This document shows, in pieces, positions 27,101-32,346 of a DNA stretch of 32,346 nucleotides. Source of the DNA: a virus (Duplodnaviria > Caudoviricetes); the IMG/VR virus record IMGVR_UViG_3300034018_002494, positions 1-32,346 of that record. The stretch is one strand, 5' to 3'. The translations under genes and the position numbers were made by a program. Position 1 is the first letter of the stretch. The number at the start of each line of letters is the position of its first letter. Below the pieces are notes generated by a model, which saw only the letters and a program-made list of their open reading frames with translations, ran no database searches and was not told where the DNA came from.

Positions 27101-29233
27101 TTTATCTTTTATAGATTTAGCTTTATTTATAGCTTCTACATTATCTTTTACTATTTGTTTTTCAGCATTTTCTTTAATTTCTTCATCTTTAGCTACTTTA
27201 GTTTCAGCTTTTTCAGGAGATTTACTATATTCTTTAAGAACATCATTAATTTCTTCATATCTTTTTTCAAGTAATTCTTGTTTATTTTCTAATTCTTTTT
27301 TTCTTAAATTTTCAACAGGATTAGTATAATCATCTTCTTCTACTTCTAAATCTGATAATCCAAATTCATTAGTAGGAGCTTCTATTTTTGTTTTTTTCTT
27401 TGAAGGAATTATAGGAGCATTTTTTAATTTAGCTTTTTCTGAAATTATATCTTTATGTGATTCGGCAATAACATCTTGTTCAACAAGCATTGCTGCAATA
27501 TGATTTTTAGCTTGAGGACTTAATTTAGAAAATTCTTTAATTTGAGATACTCCATCAATCATGTTAGCTATTTTTTTAGCTTCAGCTATTTTAGTATTAG
27601 CTATATCACGAGGAGACATAACATTTCCATCTTTATCAAGAGGATTTTCTCCAAGAATTTTTTTAATTTCTTCAGGAGTAGATTTACCTAAAACTTCTAA
27701 TTCATCTATATACTCTTCTAATTTTCCAGCTTGATGTTTAGCAGCAACAATTTCAGCAAATTGTTTTTTCTCTAACAAGTTATATGCTTCTGTATCATTT
27801 TTTGCTAAAGCCGCATCTTTTAATTTTTCATAAAATAAAAACTTAGTTATTTGTGAAGAAAACTCTGGACGAATAACTCTTTTACCTTCTGAATTTATTA
27901 CATAAGCATCTTTAGGGTCAATATTAGAATTTAAATTATCAACTAAAGATTTTAAAGTTTCATTTTGAGATTTAGCATTCATTGCACTAAATCCAGCAGA
28001 TGCTCCTCCTCCTAACAATGCTCCAAGTAACATTGATTTTTGTCCTTCTACTGTTGTAAACAATTCTTCTGTAGATTCAGACATACCTTTAAAAAAACTA
28101 ATGTTTTCAGTTGCTGCTTTTTCAGCTCCTTTTTGTAATAAAAATTGATAACCTTCTTCACCTGCTTCTTGTAAAGCTTCTCCAGCATAACCTAAAACTT
28201 TTTGTCCTATAGTTCTTTTTTCAGCTTCATGTATAAGACCTTTTTTTAATATTCTATCTGATAAAGGGTTTCTACCAAAAAGTCTTGCTGCTTGATAAAA
28301 ATCAGAAACTCCAATTAACATATTTCCAAAAAGAATATTATTTTTTTGTTCACTAGCAACTTTATTGATTTCTTTATCAGTTAAGTTTAAATCATTTGGA
28401 TTATCGGCATATCCGTAATTTATAAGTTGTTGTTGAGCTTTACTTCTTTTATTTTTTAAAGTTGCAACAATAGTTTCATAACTATCATTAGCTTCAATAG
28501 CACTTTCTCCTAAACGAGAAACGAACGCTGCTGTAATATTACCTGTATTATTGATAGCATTAACAAGACCTGATAGTTTACCTGCTTCATCTACTTTAAT
28601 TACACCTTTACTTACAGCATCATCCAAAACACCTGTCAATTTACCTAATTTTCCAGCATTAACTGCTTTAGCTAAATTACCAAATATTTTACTTATTAAA
28701 ACATTAGGCACTAAATTAGAAGCTAAAAACCCTAATCCATTAAGTAAATCTGTACCTGTAGATGCACTTATTAAACTTTCTTGTTGTTCTTTAGTATAAT
28801 AAACAGGCATTAACTCTTCTTTAATGTATTTATCAGCATCAGATATAGCTTTAACTAGAGGATTAGAAAATATATCACCTATTGTATCTTGGTCTCCTTC
28901 GTTCATTAATTCATTTACAGGAGCATAAGCTAATCCTCCTAATACTCCAGCAGTTGAAGCTACAGTAGTAAGAAAAGTTCCTCCTGCTTGACCAAAACTA
29001 TTTTTAATTTTATCAAAACTACTTTGTCTTAATGCTCTTTTTTCATCCCATGTTTCTACAGCATCAGATATAGGCTGTCCATCTTGACTTAAATAATCTT
29101 TATATTTGTTATAATCAATATCTAAAACACTTGATGAAGGAGTTCTGTCTATTTCTTCTTGAGATAAAAAATATGGATTTACTAACGTAGCTTCATTTGG
29201 TATAAGCAATTCTGTTTTATTTTTTTTAGCCAT
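18152..29233 (-). CDS. Giant virion-associated DNA-dependent RNA polymerase (crAss-like two-barrel) with zincin-like domain and long N-terminal extension
   Basis: Catalytic GSDFDVDK (DFDVD at 20609-20623), upstream GYRIPTQ, DAQG and K-containing motifs; HEAFH...EEILAE.FR zincin motif (24365-24379); Gly/Ala-rich hydrophobic N-terminal region. Confidence 0.88.
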   Translation of the reverse strand: MAKKNKTELLIPNEATLVNPYFLSQEEIDRTPSSSVLDIDYNKYKDYLSQDGQPISDAVETWDEKRALRQSSFDKIKNSFGQAGGTFLTTVASTAGVLGGLAYAPVNELMNEGDQDTIGDIFSNPLVKAISDADKYIKEELMPVYYTKEQQESLISASTGTDLLNGLGFLASNLVPNVLISKIFGNLAKAVNAGKLGKLTGVLDDAVSKGVIKVDEAGKLSGLVNAINNTGNITAAFVSRLGESAIEANDSYETIVATLKNKRSKAQQQLINYGYADNPNDLNLTDKEINKVASEQKNNILFGNMLIGVSDFYQAARLFGRNPLSDRILKKGLIHEAEKRTIGQKVLGYAGEALQEAGEEGYQFLLQKGAEKAATENISFFKGMSESTEELFTTVEGQKSMLLGALLGGGASAGFSAMNAKSQNETLKSLVDNLNSNIDPKDAYVINSEGKRVIRPEFSSQITKFLFYEKLKDAALAKNDTEAYNLLEKKQFAEIVAAKHQAGKLEEYIDELEVLGKSTPEEIKKILGENPLDKDGNVMSPRDIANTKIAEAKKIANMIDGVSQIKEFSKLSPQAKNHIAAMLVEQDVIAESHKDIISEKAKLKNAPIIPSKKKTKIEAPTNEFGLSDLEVEEDDYTNPVENLRKKELENKQELLEKRYEEINDVLKEYSKSPEKAETKVAKDEEIKENAEKQIVKDNVEAINKAKSIKDKINEAAVKNNLPTEEFKIVSFDGNNFFSSVDANGKPVILDNKGNDVTLDFHKTYGNNYKITNLDYEEEGDGESNEEPEIIERDWAFKKPSPFASAGASSTSKGTFNNLGDRRNLWLSRGRALFYEELNNIQDPLSLKLEIAPEYMYEELFLNDEGVYTPPTDTQLPVIIGYLYRKGKIVEKDGQKAYCVLHTADLASNGSRFSDPNIKETLEEFQAFRDTVEDRFNKGQDSFVYITDISSGFINITSSWKPLKDILSSPAVKTGGVSIEVSMLSNDQKKPAIIINGKDVKYVKWSGRPYIRVKVGDTASGPVYEYQELNTRTLNDKEIEETILPLILKYIEGNDTVELDGVKVDILSYNKTGKAKTPSILDAFLFFGTSKYSDNTAIFFGKGVHARTLYFGSDANGAKFQISKNNLNNLEELRSFLKNKKRHVNKYYLPRMFTKMNIPTFSPTGDKMHEVSYLDLLAGNGPFEAALTTNISAEGTVLNKYASFDSQIRENPNTTLKVRPRKVRKESDSGLENEEKEPVNLTKPITKLQFYMLTSEEQSTYMKNMEELNDGNDVTGTPMPEYDDLFKAFRKAMGEASAVAASKGPDAIPIFPSFIDFAKEFYKDSPEKFEALKKLNNPTKAVFGKKPVKRKAYAKIFNENDKDLKIGSLVLHNDKEYVVISIDGTVVNLTSAQGKGTQVVTTTDKIFVKGSYPIQNFKKNNYIVVEKGVNDYFILSTTGDNKGKPVYESKTRLVKQVKGRIISLAKAKLEKQNKEIPWDFSETKTNDLAVQIDNALAEINVVIKNNGTEPVTEYVDNVTGEVVSEVKSVTAPNDIPQDPDAKGINDDINDLFAREKSKEAPYIKGDIESAKKWMKDKMGVDVSIVDGLIYVAGYDKALFGYFYNGTVVLSNAFEEGTEYHEAFHLVSQMYLTLSQRKSLYNEVRKKLNNYNLTDREAEEILAEDFREYVMTNGKVKYPEVQNNIFQKLLNFIKKLLGMKVETVNEIFAKINDGYYNQTKYINRLGKEKSGFFTRTSDLPNVEFTPTEHHNINEALLTYFRAFMLINKIPFYKINVKTNMLDFEKMAIERFAAFPNSAFNKDPQWFLQHFKDNALSEIGVDIEISEEEKTRDDAWVESYAKVSSFTGISDRIKFLFSSIIDVTSPKTEYALYKTIPFSEIKAYLTHMLHDKFSFAEMLEILRDEASQNANSVYEQKKISIAKQILQSIDVLDNNIESVLFKTEFQDAMSLSKQPVMTTLYYSNNTATTVDSMEQTINNKMKSYWASKSMMSSYVSVLNGQRYISKANAEKLLKMPILDFVNALNLDIRGNIKDSNLLKAIDSFRKSFFELPIKIIKTGNSKTPEIQGFSAFMFNLEDYIRENAEFDKKVREKISAYNNNLKELVELESPLYNASVESQMKNSQGETIFGYVKPSYLYQRIKDIKDKITKPIIAKGSELWEAIQYGNVTVVGIDGQRFSEQGEQGEHISSFTEEDMLLNRIVNLHQKNTVNFIQMADKKFVFGLQLNKEELIYSPDEIKFADSDKLIISLSESHRAVERLWNVYQNYIEYDSKMKELNYYEESGTAAGIFEEMNGNSPFTDKKQFAEKLSQYLTINYLETLQLSSEFIGLDSKNNVKSIIPKNITDSTVGNSMQDKIKALVGGLILTEFVTNIEQMNVFFGAPSQYKALFKRSPAIRANGRLASIDNYVDEFIAETRKKYNMTSEQLEALPSNIHHFKSIVGKDIEVASAYAKDYASRLNHNQYDKLNPVDAQGLVTFEFYREYSIRTGQWSTENESNFLKEINNESHSGLFPPMKLVHFGSETTNEQNVYYKFSIYPLLPSMIKGRQLEKMQQKLYNSGSSMYIFESGNKVGTPKEKDNFYSEEANENATHILNVKDLKIQVDIAPKGDKMEQLFGTQLRKLIEQNIADAGFDIKNENASVEYTQTIKDLISLEVEALADFLDISPEELKQGDLNESAWKKLIELFKESAIEREESDNVIIGLDYLKDQSLTIDVLPTRDKIQNLMNSLLNNRIQKQYMRGRSYVQASSVGFEYADEKSLLAAVKKGEILKNSHFYESHYVNGVFNNENARLGFLNIKDNKVYSAEILLPYIFKETIKDINLITPELLEAIGYRIPTQGLNSMVSFKVVGFLPKSADQLAAVPYEITMQSGSDFDVDKINMFLRNYFYNKKTNNFDSITLNPEEYYKSKVKKLESFISYLESVMVPDMETLNIDDEYEEFKELLVEAGFKQNDYDKALDKLKKMKENSERFLKKYKKIFLQERLFTLIQERLLDVDRFNDYVNPNSAQDLEDQATEINNAQTNPYKLTTDYKGVKQFFTSTNIKVAKNLWSAKLGVGQAASQGVFTALTQLNPIAQAKYSKRMYAPDGSFWTDEDGDIIFGKQNNTEGKSIMDIQANQHLTANVDAANKPFIFKLNANGVTNDLHYYLISIGLPLSWVCRFMTQPIIIEYVKGMEKRKSMLNKLRRIQFNESSTESDIILNARAKFGGTAIPSEFLEASDNLDADELHIPKDNTNPKKYNSEELLEFIKKPSLEQLNLLDDFLFYKEWASERRKIISSIKFDTEGAGKNLPESRISEYKYGRIIGSNRHMPRTLYIGVEALVKNSMLNSFKENVLDLAITLYNNTVLVEKQGYVAKQVLNDVFDMLYSKSQLNSENIYKIYAMLTNIILQNNLVDFDIQNDPVKVKSNYTKEDWWKEHMLSSTSVAKQIASLIRSDAMKGNYLFDNLLTVDFATKDNEPDIIKFDNTVKIDSDLEQVINDAFIDLKQKNPRLYQDLIKVSFFQTGVVQSVISFYKYIPVADFVEITRNLLKEPVITEIEMMSELVKNVYSIKGMANKVGRNDILDNKAGLPEYFTIDSSNIKYRDSLFLTKTNQKNIALYERGLETSNTVRFNKVNIKSNNKFNNGLIGQNFNVESENDEILNESDKTSTSQTSAWDNLTVAQSKQLTSVGITEKVFSLLTKEEQENAIKCNQPK

Positions 29234-29235
29234 AA

Positions 29236-31197
29236 TTATTTATTTGCGTAAGTTTTAGGTAATAATTTATACATAGATTGACTTATTGCTTCGACTTCTC
29301 CTTGAGGGTTTAATCTAGAATAAGTTCCGTCATCATTCATTCTTATAGAGTAATCTTTAAAAGCTTTAATCATATTTATTTTAATTTGATTTTCTGGCAT
29401 TTCTTCTAAAAGTTCAGCAATAGTTTTTTGTGACCCTTTTCTTGTAATAGGAATAATATCTTTATACAAATATGTTTCATAAACATTTGCTTGAGGATTT
29501 ATTTTATTTATTTGACTAAGAATACCTTCAACATCTTGTTTTTTAGGCGAAGCAATTACTCTATTTCCTTCTGCATCTTCAAGTTCAAAAACTATACCTG
29601 TTCCAGCTCCATAAGGTTCTATTGTATAACCTGTAATGTTTGATATTTTTTTACTATCACTTTTCCATTCACCTTCTACAATATCAAATTTATCTTTATT
29701 AAAATCTGTTTTTAATTTATCTAAAGCATCTCTAGTTTTTTCATTACTTATATCAAAACTTACAAGAGGAAGTTCTCTTGTTGAAGGATTGTTTTTTGTA
29801 TAAGCTTCATATTTATTTTCAAAATCTGCATCAAAAAAACCTTTATTTGCTAATTGTTGATACCTTTCTACTAATTTTTTTCCTTCAGGAAAAACTTTAG
29901 AATCTTTATTTTCATCTTCAATTGCTAAAACTAAATGTTCAAAAGCTGTAAACATTTTTTGAACTGCACTATAACCAGCAAAATTTCCTAAATTTGCTGT
30001 ATTTCTATTTAACATGCTTGCGTATTCAGGATATTTTGTTCCAAATTCAATCATATCTTTTACTAAATTTTTAGCTTCTTTTGCTTCAGGAACATCTTTA
30101 CTCATTCCATCTAAAGTAGATAGTAATTCTGATTTAGCTTTAGCGTTTCCACTTAAAGCAGATGAAAGTTTGTCAGGAAATTCTTCATTTGTTGCTGAAC
30201 CATAAGTTTGAAAAATATCATTTGGAGAATACATGCCTGCATTAGGTGAATCTTGACCATAACCAGCTTTAGCTAATTTTAAACCAAAACCTTCATTTTC
30301 TCCTATCTTATAACCAGTAAAAGAATCATCAACTCTAAACAATGCTCCTGCTGCATCTAAAGCTGGATTTATTAAAGATTCTCTATATTGTTGTTTAATA
30401 ATTTCATCTTTTTCTGGGTCACCTGTAAGTTCTAAATTTTCAGAATAATCTCTATTTAACATTGCATTAAATCCAGCATCAGCAACTAAGTATTTACTTA
30501 CAGCTGAACGTATTTCTTCAGGAGTAAGAGTTCTTGTTTTTCCAGAAGTACTAGTAGTAACAGTTCTAAATGCTTTCATCGGGTCAGTTGTTACTTTATT
30601 TTCAGCATCATAATAAGTTATTTTTTCAACATCTTCACCAAAATCTTTAGGTTTCATCATAGAAGCTGCTTTAGTTGTTAGTTCAGCAGTATTAACATCA
30701 GCTGCTCCAGCATAAGGAGTTACATTTAAATTAGAAAATGTTCTTTTTTCAGCATCCCATCCAATAGAAGGTAAACTTTTTTCAAAAGCTTTAAGTCTAT
30801 CTTGTCTACTAAATTGATATCTAGGGTCTTTAGAAATCATTTCTTTTTGTGCTTGAATTTCTTTATTGCGTTGAGCAACAGACATATAGTTGTTAGCAGC
30901 TTCAGTAGCTAACTTTAATGTTTTCCACCTAGCATTATGTAAATCATCTTTGTCTATATTTTTTAATTGTTCTGAATATTGACTGTATATTCTTTCAACT
31001 TCAGGTCTATCAATTTCATTAGCATTTAATGCCATTTGACGAAGAGCTTCTTCTGATTTAGTTAAATTTTCGTACGATTTATCGTATCTATCTTGCAATA
31101 CTTCTCCTACTTTAAGACCTGCTTCTAAAGGTAATTGTTCTGGAACAATTTGTAGTTTTGGTGCGACAAATTCCGCTTGATTCCAATTTATAGCCAT
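29236..31197 (-). CDS. Putative internal virion / ejection protein
   Basis: 653 aa, coiled-coil N-terminus, 2 nt upstream of the RNAP start; call is based on position. Confidence 0.6.
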   Translation of the reverse strand: MAINWNQAEFVAPKLQIVPEQLPLEAGLKVGEVLQDRYDKSYENLTKSEEALRQMALNANEIDRPEVERIYSQYSEQLKNIDKDDLHNARWKTLKLATEAANNYMSVAQRNKEIQAQKEMISKDPRYQFSRQDRLKAFEKSLPSIGWDAEKRTFSNLNVTPYAGAADVNTAELTTKAASMMKPKDFGEDVEKITYYDAENKVTTDPMKAFRTVTTSTSGKTRTLTPEEIRSAVSKYLVADAGFNAMLNRDYSENLELTGDPEKDEIIKQQYRESLINPALDAAGALFRVDDSFTGYKIGENEGFGLKLAKAGYGQDSPNAGMYSPNDIFQTYGSATNEEFPDKLSSALSGNAKAKSELLSTLDGMSKDVPEAKEAKNLVKDMIEFGTKYPEYASMLNRNTANLGNFAGYSAVQKMFTAFEHLVLAIEDENKDSKVFPEGKKLVERYQQLANKGFFDADFENKYEAYTKNNPSTRELPLVSFDISNEKTRDALDKLKTDFNKDKFDIVEGEWKSDSKKISNITGYTIEPYGAGTGIVFELEDAEGNRVIASPKKQDVEGILSQINKINPQANVYETYLYKDIIPITRKGSQKTIAELLEEMPENQIKINMIKAFKDYSIRMNDDGTYSRLNPQGEVEAISQSMYKLLPKTYANK

Positions 31198-31225
31198 TTG
31201 TAATTTTATTTTTAATACTGAACTA

Positions 31226-31250
31226 CAAAGATAGATATATTTTAAACAAA
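31226..31250 (-). promoter_or_regulatory. Candidate Bacteroidota sigma-A promoter
   Basis: Minus strand reads TTTG-N13-TATCTTTG, matching the TAnnTTTG -7 consensus about 29 nt upstream of the 31197 ATG. The spacer is shorter than typical. Confidence 0.5.
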
Positions 31251-31279
31251 AAAAGCTTAGATTTTACTCTAAGCTTTTT
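31248..31279 (-). terminator. Rho-independent terminator
   Basis: AAAAAGCTTAGA-ttttac-TCTAAGCTTTTT 12-bp stem, T7 tract on the minus strand, just downstream of the 31284 stop. Confidence 0.75.
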
Positions 31280-31283
31280 ATTT

Positions 31284-32345
31284 TTATTTCTTTAAAGAAC
31301 GTTTTTTTACAGTACCACCATTCATATAAGGATAAGTATAAGTGTTAAATGGTATAACATAACGATTAAGTTTATCTATACTCGATTGTGTAGAAGGAGA
31401 TAAAGTTGCAGGACTATTAGAATTATTAAAATTATATTTAAGTTTAGGTTCATAATTAGAATTAGAATCAGAATTAGAATTAGAATTAGAAGTAAAATTA
31501 GAACCAGGCATTCCTATATCTCTACCAACATTACCACTATACATGTTTTTCATAACATCCCAATATGCCATTTGGTTATTTTTGGCAATTTGATTATTAA
31601 ACATATTAGTCATATTATCTCCTGAAGAACCAATAATTTTCATTCTATTACCAGCTTTCCATAAATTATAATTATATAGATTTTCTAAGTTATATTGGTC
31701 AATACCTAAATTAGCTTGTACTCCTTGATTATAAGCAGCAGCTTGTGCTCCAGCATAAGCGTTATCTAATTGAGCATTAGCATTTCTTTCAGTTTGAAGA
31801 GAACGACCTTTATTCATCATTTGTTGATTTCTAATCTTTTGTAAATTAGCAGCTTGAGTAGAATAACTACCACTTCCTAAATTTACACCTCTTCTTGCTC
31901 CAACAGTTTCAGCATCTATTGCTGCTCTTTCTCCGCTATAATCAACATAACTAGGTCCTCTACCTGCACTAAAAGCTACATCTTTTATTGTTCTAGGAGG
32001 TGCAATTTTATTAATTTGTTGATTTTGTAGTATACTACTAAGAACTTGAGCAGTATAACCTCCTTGTTGAGGAGTTATTCCACCATCCTGCATCAATGTT
32101 ACATTATGTGCAGGATACATACCATTATGCGAAGGAGGTATTGTTCCACCTTTAGCAAATAACTTACGTTGTTTATTTTGTTCTTTAACTATTTTCATTT
32201 CTTCTTGAGTATTAAATAAATTATCTAATTGTTGATTAAATAACATTTCAGTATTTGTTTTAGCTTGACTATTAGGTTTTTTATCTAATTTAGCTATTTT
32301 ACTATTAATTGATTTAGCATCTTGAGCAAAAGTTCTTTTACCATT
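31284..32345 (-). CDS. Putative virion protein, 5'-truncated by the window edge
   Basis: Frame remains open upstream of 32246 to the window end (NGKRTFAQDAKSINSK...). Gln/Asn/Ala-rich, with repeated xxGG motifs (FAKGG, MQDGG, YMNGG). Confidence 0.7.
   Translation of the reverse strand, partial: NGKRTFAQDAKSINSKIAKLDKKPNSQAKTNTEMLFNQQLDNLFNTQEEMKIVKEQNKQRKLFAKGGTIPPSHNGMYPAHNVTLMQDGGITPQQGGYTAQVLSSILQNQQINKIAPPRTIKDVAFSAGRGPSYVDYSGERAAIDAETVGARRGVNLGSGSYSTQAANLQKIRNQQMMNKGRSLQTERNANAQLDNAYAGAQAAAYNQGVQANLGIDQYNLENLYNYNLWKAGNRMKIIGSSGDNMTNMFNNQIAKNNQMAYWDVMKNMYSGNVGRDIGMPGSNFTSNSNSNSDSNSNYEPKLKYNFNNSNSPATLSPSTQSSIDKLNRYVIPFNTYTYPYMNGGTVKKRSLKK
31455..31490. repeat. Hexanucleotide tandem repeat (ATTAGA)x6 encoding a Ser-Asn tract
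   Basis: ATTAGA ATTAGA ATCAGA ATTAGA ATTAGA ATTAGA, translating as SNSNSNSDSNSN on the minus strand. Confidence 0.85.
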
Positions 32346-32346
32346 T

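Noticed and set aside
18152-29233. Intein or intron in the RNAP gene
   Set aside because: Single uninterrupted ORF; no obvious intein C...HN splice junction or LAGLIDADG motif seen by eye.
16062-30205. Short ORFs nested in the giant genes (16062, 19834, 26545, 26979, 28551, 30014)
   Set aside because: Antisense or out-of-frame shadows of long coding sequences, with codon-bias-driven composition.
1-32346. Stop-codon reassignment, as known in some crAss-like phages
   Set aside because: Genes up to 11 kb are intact under the standard code and coding density is high.
1-32346. tRNA/rRNA genes, integrase or transposase
   Set aside because: None recognised; intergenic gaps are short and show no cloverleaf signatures. 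A tRNAscan-SE run would confirm.

Overview
AT-rich segment of a lytic dsDNA phage genome, most likely crAss-like (Crassvirales-related) with a Bacteroidota host. Two gene blocks converge on a bidirectional terminator at about 12587-12616. The + strand block (1-12588) holds replication and early genes: an SSB-like protein, a Toprim primase, a RusA-like resolvase, a GH73-like muramidase, a 5'-3' exonuclease and many small ORFs. The - strand block (12618-32346) holds very large virion/ejection proteins, including a 3693-aa virion RNA polymerase (DFDVD motif) and a 1842-aa polyvalent protein (zincin, GNAT, ART-like and PD-(D/E)xK domains). Two things stand out. (1) A compact, apparently complete phage-encoded ubiquitin-like conjugation cluster (Ubl precursor, E2-like, JAB/JAMM peptidase, E1/ThiF; 1731-5284) lies directly after the primase. 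(2) An array of small genes at about 7540-9240 is delimited by TAAC...GTTA imperfect palindromes and by cassette-specific terminal inverted repeats, resembling integron attC cassettes, with no integrase in the window. All protein calls come from motif recognition by eye; no database searches were run.
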